This document shows, in pieces, positions 38,307 to 47,941 of a DNA stretch of 64,000 nucleotides; position 1 is the first letter of the stretch; every line of letters starts with the position of its first letter. The DNA is from an uncultured Thermoplasmatales archaeon. GTDB taxonomy: Archaea > Thermoplasmatota > E2 > DHVEG-1. The notes under the pieces are model-generated. The model was not told where the DNA came from and searched no databases. It was given only the letters and a program-made list of their open reading frames with translations. Both the position numbers and the translations under genes were made by a program. Location: positions 882 to 64,881 of the forward strand of contig CAZGIV010000001.1 of NCBI GenBank assembly GCA_964526175.1. Reading direction: 5' to 3'.

Positions 38307-38787
38307 TTCAAAAAAATTAGATCCGAATTTTAAATATGAAGTATCTGCAGAAATTGGTGGAACAAATATTAATCGATGTTTCGCCTGTGGAACCTGTACC
38401 GCAGGATGCCCCGTCCGTGAGATTGATGAAAAATATAATCCACGAAAAATCATCCACATGGTATTGCTTGGGATGAGAGAACGTGTATTAAAAAGTGATT
38501 TCATCTGGCTCTGTTCTACCTGTTACACTTGTTATGATCGATGCCCGCAGGATGTACAATTAACCAGCATTATGACCGCATTAAAAAACATCGCGGCGCG
38601 TGAGGGATATATCCATCCGTCCTTTAAGGAACAAAACCGTCTTGTAAGCACCTTTGGACGATTATATGAAGTCGAAGATTTTGATAATAAAAAACGAGAG
38701 AAACTAGGTCTACCCCCTATACAAAAGACATTTGAAGATCTCACAAAACTTATGCATGATATGCTACCAAAAGAGGTGACGAAATGA
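38299..38787 (+). CDS. hdrC: Heterodisulfide reductase subunit C-like
   Basis: CFACGTCTAGCP...CSTCYTCYDRCP. The likely start is ATG 38299 (SD GGAGG 8 nt upstream), overlapping the lplA-like stop by 8 nt. The ORF track begins at 38266. Confidence 0.65.
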   Translation: MIDSKKLDPNFKYEVSAEIGGTNINRCFACGTCTAGCPVREIDEKYNPRKIIHMVLLGMRERVLKSDFIWLCSTCYTCYDRCPQDVQLTSIMTALKNIAAREGYIHPSFKEQNRLVSTFGRLYEVEDFDNKKREKLGLPPIQKTFEDLTKLMHDMLPKEVTK

Positions 38788-39665
38788 GATATGCACTATT
38801 CCTTGGATGTACAATCCCGGTTCGAGGGCAGAACTATGAACTGTCAGCACGTGAGGTTGCAAAAAAACTTGACATTGATTTTCTTGATGTCCCAGAATTC
38901 TCCTGCTGCGGGTTTCCCGTAAAATCATCCAATTATGAGGCGTCATTATTAATTGCAGCACGGAATTTAGCGATCGCTGCTGAAAAAAAAGAAAAAATCT
39001 GTACGTTATGTAACGCATGCACCTCGGTTCTGACTGAGGCGAATAAGGAATTGACAAAAAATAAAGAACTCAGAGAAAAAATCAACAAGGAACTTGCAAC
39101 AGTTGATAAAGAATTCAAACCAGGAGTCGAAATTAAACATTTCTCACGGATTCTTTATGAGGACATCGGCATGGATGCCATTCGAGAAAAAATTAAAACA
39201 GATCTGAGCAAACTCAGTATGTCGATTCATTACGGGTGCCATTACCTCAGACCCTCAGAATTATATGATTGTTTCGATGATGCAGAAAACCCATCGACGG
39301 TCGAAAACCTTGTGGCAGTGACGGGAGCCGCAGTCGTTGATTATAAAAACAAGTTAGATTGTTGTGGAGGAGCGATTCTTGGTGTAGAAGAAGACATCGC
39401 GTTGTCCATGGCGAAACAGAAACTCGATCATATCACCGCAAACAAGGTTGATGCATTAGTCACCATTTGTCCGTTTTGTTCAATTATGTATGAGGATAAC
39501 CAGAAGAAAATTGAAACAAAATTCAATGTGAATTATAACCTGCCGGTGTTGTATTATCCACAGGTACTTGGTCTTGCGTTAGGAGTTGATCCAAAACAAC
39601 TCGGGTTCCGACTCAATAAAGTTCGACCAACAGCAATTCTTGAAAAACTCGGGGTGACCCTGTAA
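38784..39665 (+). CDS. hdrB: Heterodisulfide reductase subunit B-like
   Basis: ALFLGCTIPVRGQNYE...SCCGFP...CCGGAILG is the CCG signature. Overlaps hdrC by 4 nt. Confidence 0.7.
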   Translation: MRYALFLGCTIPVRGQNYELSAREVAKKLDIDFLDVPEFSCCGFPVKSSNYEASLLIAARNLAIAAEKKEKICTLCNACTSVLTEANKELTKNKELREKINKELATVDKEFKPGVEIKHFSRILYEDIGMDAIREKIKTDLSKLSMSIHYGCHYLRPSELYDCFDDAENPSTVENLVAVTGAAVVDYKNKLDCCGGAILGVEEDIALSMAKQKLDHITANKVDALVTICPFCSIMYEDNQKKIETKFNVNYNLPVLYYPQVLGLALGVDPKQLGFRLNKVRPTAILEKLGVTL

Positions 39666-42600
39666 TGAAAAACTCTTCGAAATCTGGTAAAATAGGCTCA
39701 GTTCTCGTAGTTGGCGGCGGTATTGGAGGCATGCAAGCTGCCCTTGATCTCGCTGACTCCGGGTTTAAAACCTATCTGTTAGAGGAAAAACCAGCGATTG
39801 GTGGAGTCATGGCCCAACTCGATAAAACATTTCCAACCAATGATTGTTCTATGTGCATTCTTTCCCCGAAACTCGTAGATGTGGGCCGACACCCAAATAT
39901 CGATTTAATTACATATGCTGATTTGCAAGAAATCACAGGGAACAGCGGGAATTTTCAAGTGAAAATTCGTAAGAAAGCAAGTTATGTAGACTCTGAGAAA
40001 TGCACAGGGTGCGGTGAATGTGCAGAAGTCTGCCCGGTAGTTCTTGAGTCTGAGTTTGATGAAGGCTTATCCGATCGTCATGCAATCTATAAAATGTATC
40101 CTCAAGCTATTCCTAATGTCTTTACTATTGATAAAATCGGGATCCCGCCGTGCATGAATGCATGTCCGGCGAATGTGAATGTTCAGGGATACGTTGCATT
40201 GATTCGGGAGGGAAAATTCCAGGAAGCCGCGGATCTTATCCGTGAACGTAATCCATTCCCGGGAGTCTGCGGAAGGATTTGTACCCACGTCTGCGAGGAG
40301 AACTGTAATCGGAAGGAAATTGATGAAGCAGTCGCTGTTCGAGCCTTGAAACGATTTGCTGTTGATTATGAACGGCTCCATGGCCGTAAAGAGACAAAGA
40401 AAAAGAAAAAACAGGTTGAATTACGTGGACAAAACCGTAAAATAGCAGTAATCGGCTCTGGTCCTGCTGGGTTAACGGTTGCATATGATCTTGCGAGAAT
40501 GGGGTATCACCCAACTGTTTTTGAGGCACTCTCACAAGCAGGGGGAATGCTTCGGGTTGGTGTTCCGAATTATCGTTTACCACCAGAAGTCCTTGATTAT
40601 GATATTAAAATAATTCAGGAGGAAGGAGTAGAAATTCGAACGAATACTCCGATAGGTCCTGATCTGACGTTAAATGATTTACATAATGCAGGATATGAAG
40701 CTGTTTTTATTGCGATTGGGACGCATAAAAGCAAGAAACTCGGGATCGATGGTGAAGAATTAGATGGTGTTGTGCACGCAGCAGGATTCTTGCATGATCT
40801 GGGAAGTGGAAAAAAGGTTGATTACGAGGGAAAAATTGTTGCGGTTATCGGCGGAGGAAATGTTGCGATTGATTCGGTCCGAACCGCACTCCGACTGGGA
40901 GCAAAAACAGCATTTGTTATTTATCGTCGTTCTCGTACTGAAATTCCTGCGAATAAAGAGGAATTAGAAGAATGCGAGCGTGAAGGTATTTCGTTCTATT
41001 ATCTAGCTGCACCAACAAAAATCCTGGGTAAAAAAGGGAAGGTAACTGGGTTAGAATGTGTCCGAATGAAACTTGGTGAGCCTGATGATACTGGTCGGAG
41101 ACAAGCCATACCAATAGAAGGCTCAACGTTTACTCTTGATGCTGATGTGGTGATCTCAGCAATTGGCCAAGCACCGCTCTTATCCCCGCTTGCGGAAGCG
41201 GAAGTTGAGTTAGGGTTAAACAAAGAAGGTATCGTTTCTGTTCCTATTCAGAACCTTGAATTAGAAGGCGTCTATGGTTTCACCGCTTTTCTACGTGCCC
41301 TTAGCATGGGTCAGAAAATCGAAATTGGGAAAAAAGTTATTGTTGTCGGAGGGGGAAACGTTGCAATTGATGTTGCTCGGTCAGCACGACGTATCGGAGC
41401 AAAGGAAATCCACCTCATGTGCGTTGAATCCCATGAGGAGATGCCTGCATTTGATTATGAAATTGAAGAAGCAGAACAAGAAGGAATCATTATTCATACG
41501 AGACGGATGCCAAAACGAATCATCGGAGTCGGTGGTCGTGCAATTGGCGTCGAAACCCTCCAGTGTACGTCTGTGTTTGATGAAAAAGGGCGGTTTAACC
41601 CTCAGATCCGACCAAATACTGAATCAGTTATTGAAGCAGATACCATCATCGTTGCTATCGGTCAGGAAGTTGACTATACACTTCTAAAAGCAGCAGATGG
41701 TGTCCTGGTCACAAAACGTGGGTTACTCCAAGTCGATAATTTAACGTATCAAACGAATATCCCCTGGATTTTTGCTGCTGGTGATGCAGTGGTTGGACCA
41801 GGGCTTGTCATTGAAGCAATCGCGCAGGGCCATGAGGCAGCAATCTCCATTGATCGACATCTCAATGGGGAAGAACTATATGAGGGAAGACCCGGAAAAG
41901 AACATATTGTAGCCCCGAAACCTGATAAAAAATTTGAAAAAAAACCTCGGGTGACAATCCCTAAACTTGATGTTGAGAAACGTGTCGAATCTTTTGAAGA
42001 AGTAGAACTTCCGTTAACAGAGGAACAGGCTCGTCTAGAAGCTCAACGGTGTTTAAGTTGTAATTTCTGCTCAATTTGTAAACAATGTGTTGAAGCATGT
42101 GAAGCAGACGCAATCGATCATGATATGAGTGAAAAAATCATTGAACTGAATGTTGGATCAGTGATTTTTGCACCAGGATATGAATTATTTGATGCAACAT
42201 TGAAAAGCGAATATGGGTATGGACGATATAGAAACGTGCTCACATCACTTGAGTTTGAACGAATCCTGTCTGCATCAGGACCATACGCTGGCCATGTGGT
42301 CCGACCGTCTGACCAGAAAGAACCACGAAAAATAGCGTGGATACAATGCGTTGGATCACGTGATAACGCTTGTGGGAAAAATTATTGTTCATCGGTCTGT
42401 TGTACATACGCGATTAAAGAAGCAGTCATAGCAAAAGAACACGCACCCAACATTCAACCAACCATTTTTTATATGGATATGCGCACCTACGGGAAAGGCT
42501 TTGAATCATACTATAATCGCGCGGAAAAAGAATACGGTGTCAGATTTGTCCGATGTCGTATCTCCTCAGTCGAAGAGGATAAAAAAACCAAGAATCTCTC

Positions 42601-44632
42601 AATCAAATATGAAACAGAGGAAGGAACCCTGAAAAAAGAGGACTTTGACCTGGTGATTCTCTCGGTTGGTTTTACCTCCAAAGAGACCATGAAGGATTTA
42701 GCAAAAAAAGTAGGGATATCCCTTAATGAGTTTGGGTTTTGTCAAACCCCTGAGTTTGAACCGCTTGATACCGCACGTCGAGGTGTGTTTGTTTGTGGTG
42801 CTTTTTCAGGTCCAAAAGATATCCCTGAAACAGTCATGGAAGCATCAGGTGCTGCAGCAAAAGCAAGTAGTGTGATCGCTTCAGAACGAAACACGCTTGT
42901 TGAAAAGAAAGAATACCCGCTCGAGCGAGATGTCTCCGGCGAAGACCCAAGGATTGGGGTGTTCATTTGTCATTGTGGGATAAACATTGGAGCATATGTG
43001 AATGTTGAATCAGTGGTTGATTACGTAAAATCGCTGCCAAATGTGATGTATGCTGAAGAGAACCTCTACACATGCTCAGAGGATACGCAACGCAAGATTA
43101 TAGAAAAAATTAAGGAACATAAGTTAAACAGAGTCATTGTTGCTTCGTGTACTCCGCGGACCCATGAACCATTATTCCAAGAAACAATTCGGGAAGCAGG
43201 ATTAAATCCTCATCTTTTTGAGATGGCAAACATCCGAGATCAGTGCTCCTGGGTGCATATGAAGGAGCCAAAAGAGGCAACAGAGAAAGCAAAAGGGATT
43301 GTGAGAATGGCAGTCTCAAAAGCGCGCCTGCTTGAACCGATACAGACGATTGAATTGAATGTGACGCAGAAAGCATTAGTAATTGGTGGTGGACTTGCTG
43401 GGATGATAGCAGCACTCACAATTGCTGACCAAGGCTTTGAAGTGTTCCTTGTTGAAAAAGAAAAAGAACTGGGGGGCAATCTTCAGAATATTTCATGGAC
43501 TCTTGAGGATCATGATGTCAGGCCATACATGAGATCAATCGTTGAAAAAGTAGAGAAACACCCAAAAATCAAGGTGTTTAAAAAAGCAACGGTCGATAAG
43601 GTCGATGGATATGTTGGGAATTATACGACAACGCTGAAGAATGGTGCGACAAAAGTCAAAATTGAACATGGTATAATCATTGTCGCAACAGGAGCCGAAG
43701 AGTATAAACCAACAGAATATTTGTATGGGAAAAACAATCATGTCATGACACAGTTAGAGCTCGAGAAACATCTTGCTACTGGTACCGGGTTTGGCAAAAA
43801 TACTATTGTGATGATTCAATGTGTCGGTTCCCGGGAAGAAAACCGACCGTATTGTAGTAGAATCTGTTGCACTGATGCGATTAAAAATGCGTTGAAAATT
43901 AAAGAACGGCACCCAGATACAGAAATTTTCATTTTATATCGTGATATGCGAACCTATGCGTTCCGGGAAACATACTATGAGAAAGCACGTGACAAGGGTG
44001 TTCTTTTTATTCGTTTTGATAAAGATCAGAAACCAATAGTGAAAAAAGGAAAAGATGGTCTGGAAATCGAAACACGAGATATCATCCTTGGAGAAAAACT
44101 GTTGATTCATGCGGATTATCTGATTCTGAGCTCTGCGATTATTCCTGCAACGGATAATGAGCAGCTGGCAAAAAAACTGAAGGTTCCTCTGAATGAAGAT
44201 GGATTCTTTTTAGAGGCGCATGTGAAACTTCGACCTGTTGATTTTGCAACAGAAGGTATTTTCCTAACCGGTATGGCACATTCTCCAAAATCGATTACGG
44301 AAACAATTGCGCAATCCTATGGCGCAGCAGCTCGAGCGTTAACGATCATTTCGAAAGATAAATATTACACGGATGCACCCATCGCATGCGTCAGTGAAGA
44401 CCTGTGTAGTGGTTGTGGTGTCTGTGAGAAGATATGTCCATATAATGCGATAGAGATGGTTGCTGTTTCCAAGGATGGAAAAGAGGGGAGAGTGTCCCGT
44501 GTTATTGAAGCAGTATGTAAGGGTTGTGGGAGTTGTATTGCAGCGTGTCCGTCAGGTGCGATAGATCAGAAAGGATTCAAGCGGGAGCAAATCATTTCTA
44601 TGGTTGATGCAGCGGCAGAACAGGGTACATAA
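39665..44632 (+). CDS. hdrA: Giant HdrA fusion (1655 aa): an N-terminal HdrA-like FAD/ferredoxin module containing an inserted GltD/NfnB-like NAD(P)H-binding module, followed by a complete canonical HdrA
   Basis: VLVVGGGIGGMQAALDLADSGF...DKTFPTNDCSMC...CTGCGECAEVCP. GltD-like N-domain ...CPANVNVQGYVALI...NPFPGVCGRICTHVCEENC.... Rossmann folds KIAVIGSGPAGLTVAYDLARMGY and VIGGGNVAIDSVRTALRLGAK. Then ...YCSSVCCTYA.... Canonical N-domain RIGVFICHCGINI...CTPRTH...ANIRDQCSWVH. ALVIGGGLAGMIAALTIADQGF. C-terminal CSGCGVCEKICP...CKGCGSCIAACPSGAI. Confidence 0.7.
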   Translation: MKNSSKSGKIGSVLVVGGGIGGMQAALDLADSGFKTYLLEEKPAIGGVMAQLDKTFPTNDCSMCILSPKLVDVGRHPNIDLITYADLQEITGNSGNFQVKIRKKASYVDSEKCTGCGECAEVCPVVLESEFDEGLSDRHAIYKMYPQAIPNVFTIDKIGIPPCMNACPANVNVQGYVALIREGKFQEAADLIRERNPFPGVCGRICTHVCEENCNRKEIDEAVAVRALKRFAVDYERLHGRKETKKKKKQVELRGQNRKIAVIGSGPAGLTVAYDLARMGYHPTVFEALSQAGGMLRVGVPNYRLPPEVLDYDIKIIQEEGVEIRTNTPIGPDLTLNDLHNAGYEAVFIAIGTHKSKKLGIDGEELDGVVHAAGFLHDLGSGKKVDYEGKIVAVIGGGNVAIDSVRTALRLGAKTAFVIYRRSRTEIPANKEELEECEREGISFYYLAAPTKILGKKGKVTGLECVRMKLGEPDDTGRRQAIPIEGSTFTLDADVVISAIGQAPLLSPLAEAEVELGLNKEGIVSVPIQNLELEGVYGFTAFLRALSMGQKIEIGKKVIVVGGGNVAIDVARSARRIGAKEIHLMCVESHEEMPAFDYEIEEAEQEGIIIHTRRMPKRIIGVGGRAIGVETLQCTSVFDEKGRFNPQIRPNTESVIEADTIIVAIGQEVDYTLLKAADGVLVTKRGLLQVDNLTYQTNIPWIFAAGDAVVGPGLVIEAIAQGHEAAISIDRHLNGEELYEGRPGKEHIVAPKPDKKFEKKPRVTIPKLDVEKRVESFEEVELPLTEEQARLEAQRCLSCNFCSICKQCVEACEADAIDHDMSEKIIELNVGSVIFAPGYELFDATLKSEYGYGRYRNVLTSLEFERILSASGPYAGHVVRPSDQKEPRKIAWIQCVGSRDNACGKNYCSSVCCTYAIKEAVIAKEHAPNIQPTIFYMDMRTYGKGFESYYNRAEKEYGVRFVRCRISSVEEDKKTKNLSIKYETEEGTLKKEDFDLVILSVGFTSKETMKDLAKKVGISLNEFGFCQTPEFEPLDTARRGVFVCGAFSGPKDIPETVMEASGAAAKASSVIASERNTLVEKKEYPLERDVSGEDPRIGVFICHCGINIGAYVNVESVVDYVKSLPNVMYAEENLYTCSEDTQRKIIEKIKEHKLNRVIVASCTPRTHEPLFQETIREAGLNPHLFEMANIRDQCSWVHMKEPKEATEKAKGIVRMAVSKARLLEPIQTIELNVTQKALVIGGGLAGMIAALTIADQGFEVFLVEKEKELGGNLQNISWTLEDHDVRPYMRSIVEKVEKHPKIKVFKKATVDKVDGYVGNYTTTLKNGATKVKIEHGIIIVATGAEEYKPTEYLYGKNNHVMTQLELEKHLATGTGFGKNTIVMIQCVGSREENRPYCSRICCTDAIKNALKIKERHPDTEIFILYRDMRTYAFRETYYEKARDKGVLFIRFDKDQKPIVKKGKDGLEIETRDIILGEKLLIHADYLILSSAIIPATDNEQLAKKLKVPLNEDGFFLEAHVKLRPVDFATEGIFLTGMAHSPKSITETIAQSYGAAARALTIISKDKYYTDAPIACVSEDLCSGCGVCEKICPYNAIEMVAVSKDGKEGRVSRVIEAVCKGCGSCIAACPSGAIDQKGFKREQIISMVDAAAEQGT
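42251..42654 (+). repeat. Gene-conversion tract shared with the paralogous hdrA at 50095-50498. The core 42395-42654 is 100% identical at nucleotide level. A ~58-nt divergent patch at 42337-42394 interrupts it.
   Basis: Direct comparison of the two copies: 260 consecutive identical nucleotides, flanked by only protein-level similarity. The encoded peptides are identical (...CCTYAIKEAVIAKEHAPNIQPTIFYMDMRTYGKGFESYYNRAEKEYGVRFVRCRISSVEEDKKTKNLSIKYETEEGTLKKEDFDLV). Confidence 0.8.
43163..43293 (+). repeat. Second gene-conversion tract: 131 nt identical to 51007-51137 in the paralogous giant hdrA
   Basis: Identical nucleotide string encoding ...HEPLFQETIREAGLNPHLFEMANIRDQCSWVHMKEPKEATEKAK in both genes. 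Flanks differ. Confidence 0.8.
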
Positions 44633-44701
44633 AAAAAAAATATATGCGTCTCATAGTTCTACATGCATGACATAATGGGGTGCTGAGCGGATGGCGAAGG
44701 T

Positions 44702-45130
44702 ATGACTGAGCGATTTGAACCATCGATTCTTGCATTTTTGTGTAACTGGTGCAGTTATGCAGGAGCAGATCTTGCTGGTACTAGCCGGATGCAGTACCCG
44801 ACGAATGTGAAAATAATTCGGGTGATGTGCTCTGGTCGGGTGAATCCTTCCTTTGTGTTAAATGCGATGCAGAGTGGTATTGATGGTGTTATTATTGGAG
44901 GATGTCATCCAGGGGAATGTCACTACAACCAGGGGAATTATCTCACACGACGTCGTATTACTCTGCTCAAACTGCTCCTAGAATACGTCGGGATTGACCC
45001 TCGTCGTGTTCAAATGACCTGGGTGTCTGCTTCCGAAGGTGGTAAATTTGCTGAGGTGATGAAAAAGGTTACTGAGGAGATTCGAAAGCTTGGTCCCATT
45101 CAGCAAATAAAAAGGAGTAATGAATGGTAG
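44702..45130 (+). CDS. mvhD: MvhD-like [2Fe-2S] subunit (second copy)
   Basis: ILAFLCNWCSYAGADLAGTSR...IRVMCSGRVNP...GCHPGECHY. Confidence 0.7.
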   Translation: MTERFEPSILAFLCNWCSYAGADLAGTSRMQYPTNVKIIRVMCSGRVNPSFVLNAMQSGIDGVIIGGCHPGECHYNQGNYLTRRRITLLKLLLEYVGIDPRRVQMTWVSASEGGKFAEVMKKVTEEIRKLGPIQQIKRSNEW

Positions 45131-46077
45131 AGATTTCGCAAATTCAAGCAGAAGCAAGAAAAATTTTTGATACCTATGACGTGCAATATATTTTAGGGTA
45201 TTCAAACGAATCGTTCGGGATTCAGCCTGTACCGTTTTTTGCGAAAAAGAAACCGGATGTCAACCATCTTATTTTCTCTCCGTTTTGTGTGAATAATCTT
45301 ACGATGTATCTGAAAAATTATGAGGGAAATGAAAAAATTGGTATTGTCGTGAAAGGTTGTGATAGCCGCTCATTAATCCAATTAATTATAGAAAAGAGGA
45401 TACCTCGTGAAAATCTTGTCATTATTGGAATCTCTTGCGGTGGCGTTATCGATCAGAAAAAATTTCAAACCAAGTTCCCCGATGTTATCGGCTCAGTAGA
45501 TGTTGTAGAAAAAGATGACCTGTTTATTTTCACCATTGCTGGAAAGAAGCATCAGGTTTCAAAGAAAGAAGTTCTGTTAGAGAAATGCATCCATTGTGAG
45601 TACCCTACTCCGTTGCTGTATGATGTTCTTCTGGGAGAAAAAAAACAGCCTTTTAAATCGGAGAGTTATTCTGATGTGAAACAAATTGAGGCAAAATCCC
45701 TTCAGGAGAAATGGAATTTTTGGGAAAAACAGTTTAGTCGTTGTATCCGATGTTATGCGTGTCGAAATATCTGTCCAGTCTGTTTTTGTAAAGAGTGTTC
45801 AGCTGAGCAGTTAAACCCGCAATGGCTGAGACGGTCAGTAACAATTTCAGAAAACACGGTATGGCATTTGACAAGAGCGTTACATGTTGCTGGACGCTGT
45901 ACAGGATGTGGTGAATGCGAACGCGTTTGTCCAATGAGTATCCCATTAATGTTGCTCAATAAGAAAATGCTCAAAGAGGTAAAAGATTTATTTGAGTATA
46001 CGCCAGGAATATCTGTTGATGCTAAACCTCTTCTCGCTGCCTATAAACCCGATGACCCAGAGGATTGTATCATTTAG
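45124..46077 (+). CDS. FrhB/FdhB-family-like Fe-S (flavo)protein
   Basis: The N-terminal region (...KIGIVVKGCDSRSLIQLI...ISCGGVIDQ...) resembles the FrhB-type fold. C-terminal Cys clusters CIRCYACRNICPVCFC and CTGCGECERVCP. The call rests on recalled family features only. Confidence 0.35.
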   Translation: MVEISQIQAEARKIFDTYDVQYILGYSNESFGIQPVPFFAKKKPDVNHLIFSPFCVNNLTMYLKNYEGNEKIGIVVKGCDSRSLIQLIIEKRIPRENLVIIGISCGGVIDQKKFQTKFPDVIGSVDVVEKDDLFIFTIAGKKHQVSKKEVLLEKCIHCEYPTPLLYDVLLGEKKQPFKSESYSDVKQIEAKSLQEKWNFWEKQFSRCIRCYACRNICPVCFCKECSAEQLNPQWLRRSVTISENTVWHLTRALHVAGRCTGCGECERVCPMSIPLMLLNKKMLKEVKDLFEYTPGISVDAKPLLAAYKPDDPEDCII

Positions 46078-46085
46078 GTGAATGA

Positions 46086-47108
46086 ATGAAAAGCTATACG
46101 ATAAAAAAAGATAAAGTATCTGATTTTATTTCACATCTGATAAAGAAGAATATTGTCTGGGGGCCAGTAAAGCAAGACGATACCATTATCTATAAACAAA
46201 TCAACACACCTCAGGAGATAACCCTTGATTTTTTAAAGGTAAAAATACCACCGAAAACAATTGTTTTTCCTCAAACAGAGACGTTAGTACGCTTTCATAA
46301 AGAAAAAGACGTCACGACTGAGACACCATCACCCGAAAAAAAGGACGCCATTATCTTTGGAGTTAGACCCTGCGACGCAAAAAGCTTCCTTCTTTTTGAT
46401 GCAGTGTTCAAAGGTGATTGCGAAGACCCGTTTTATTGCTCAAAAAGAGCTACGACAATTTTGATTGGTCTAACATGTATAAACCCACCAATGAATTGTT
46501 TTTGTTCAAGCGTTGGAGGAAACCCTGATGATCCAAGCGGGCTTGACATTCTCCTCACTGATATGACAGATTCATATTATATGGAGATTATTACTGAACG
46601 AGGAGAACACCTCCTAAAGGATTTTATCGGACGTACAGAAGCAACTCAACAAGATACGAAAAAGAGAGACACCATCTGTACGCAAGCCAAAAAAAGTATC
46701 AAACGTCAGGTTTCTGTTGAACGTATCGATTCAATTCTTGATGCAATCTTTGACTCGCCATACTGGGAAACCATAGCACAACGATGCATTGGATGTGGAA
46801 TCTGTACGTTTCTATGCCCAACCTGTCATTGTTTCGACATCCAGGATGAATCATCACAAAACAAAGGGGCACGTGTTCGCATCTGGGACTCCTGTATGTT
46901 CTCAGAATACTCGTGCCATGCCTCTGGGTATAACCCACGAGCGACACAAATGAACCGAGTGCGAAATCGGATCTATCATAAATTTAATTATCTTCTTAAA
47001 AACAATCAGGTTCTAGGTTGTGTAGGATGCGGAAGGTGTATTGACGAATGCCCTGTTCATATTGATATTGTAGAAATTATCAAGAATGCACGGGGGGTGA
47101 AACAGTAA
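46086..47108 (+). CDS. Sulfhydrogenase/anaerobic sulfite reductase beta (HydB/AsrA-like) Fe-S subunit
   Basis: CIGCGICTFLCPTCHCFD and CVGCGRCIDECPVH. Paralog of the minus-strand gene 55411-56451. Confidence 0.55.
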   Translation: MKSYTIKKDKVSDFISHLIKKNIVWGPVKQDDTIIYKQINTPQEITLDFLKVKIPPKTIVFPQTETLVRFHKEKDVTTETPSPEKKDAIIFGVRPCDAKSFLLFDAVFKGDCEDPFYCSKRATTILIGLTCINPPMNCFCSSVGGNPDDPSGLDILLTDMTDSYYMEIITERGEHLLKDFIGRTEATQQDTKKRDTICTQAKKSIKRQVSVERIDSILDAIFDSPYWETIAQRCIGCGICTFLCPTCHCFDIQDESSQNKGARVRIWDSCMFSEYSCHASGYNPRATQMNRVRNRIYHKFNYLLKNNQVLGCVGCGRCIDECPVHIDIVEIIKNARGVKQ

Positions 47109-47941
47109 AAAACCCGTACCTACCTCTCCCGGCAACCATTGAACATATCGTTGAAGAAGTTGGTGGGCAACGAGCGATTAAAACATTCCGGTTAGTTTTT
47201 ACAAATGTAAAAAACAAGCAGGAGTTTGCCTTTCGTCCAGGTCAATGTGTCATGGTTGGTCTTTTAGGAATCGGAGAATGTATGTTTGCGATCTCATCGT
47301 CTCCGACAAAGAAAGAGTTTGTTGAAATAAGTGTCATGAGACATGGGAAAGTTACCAATGCATTGCATAATTGTAAACCAGGGGATTCTGTTGGAATCCG
47401 CGGCCCCTATGGCAATGGCTTTCCTGTTGACAACTGGAGGGGAAAAAACCTCGTATTTATCGGTGGAGGAATCGGCCAAGCACCACTCCGGCCAGTCATT
47501 CAATATGTGATTAATAATCGAAAACAGTATGGAACTATCGATATTTTTTATGGTGCAAGAACCTCGCAAGAGCTTTGTTATAAAAATGAATTTATTGAAT
47601 TAGAAAAACATACTGATTTAAACGTTCATCTCTCAGTTGACAGCGAAGAAAAAGAATGGAAGGGGTTCACAGGGTTTGTTCCTGAAAATCTTAGAAGGAT
47701 AAAACCAGCAGCAAAAAACAGTATTGCAATTACCTGTGGCCCTCCTATAATGATTAAAATCGTTATCGATAATCTCATTCACCTTGGTTTTCCTGAGACG
47801 AATATTTTTACCACGTTGGAAATGAGGATGAAATGCGGTATCGGGAAATGCGGCCGATGTAATGTTGGTCCATTGTATGTCTGTAAGGACGGACCAGTGT
47901 TTTCCTATGATCAATTACACCATATCAAGGGAGAACGATGA
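47105..47941 (+). CDS. Sulfhydrogenase gamma / AsrB / PyrK-like FAD-NAD(P)H oxidoreductase subunit with a C-terminal [2Fe-2S]. The 5' boundary is unresolved: the conserved N-terminus has no canonical start codon.
   Basis: Homology to the paralog (MKNEYQFYPAIIKKIVKE...) begins at (V)KNPYLPLPATIEHIVEEV, encoded from 47105. The codon there is GTA and overlaps the upstream TAA stop. There is no in-frame ATG/GTG/TTG until Met 47252. NAD/FAD motifs GGGIGQAPLRPV. C-terminal CGIGKCGRCNVGPLYVCKDGPVF. Confidence 0.5.
   Translation, partial: VKNPYLPLPATIEHIVEEVGGQRAIKTFRLVFTNVKNKQEFAFRPGQCVMVGLLGIGECMFAISSSPTKKEFVEISVMRHGKVTNALHNCKPGDSVGIRGPYGNGFPVDNWRGKNLVFIGGGIGQAPLRPVIQYVINNRKQYGTIDIFYGARTSQELCYKNEFIELEKHTDLNVHLSVDSEEKEWKGFTGFVPENLRRIKPAAKNSIAITCGPPIMIKIVIDNLIHLGFPETNIFTTLEMRMKCGIGKCGRCNVGPLYVCKDGPVFSYDQLHHIKGER

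Noticed and set aside
43134-43415. Antisense 93-aa ORF inside the giant hdrA. It shares an identical peptide segment with another antisense ORF at 50969-51199.
   Set aside because: Both lie opposite strongly supported HdrA coding sequence. The shared peptide is a by-product of the identical gene-conversion tract, not evidence of a conserved antisense gene.
47092-47112. Programmed -1 frameshift fusing the sulfhydrogenase beta and gamma frames at the G6/A6 runs
   Set aside because: The beta frame ends in a genuine TAA before the A-run, and no X XXY YYZ slippery heptamer is present. A non-canonical start or a sequence error is more parsimonious. The site is kept as a finding rather than a frameshift call.
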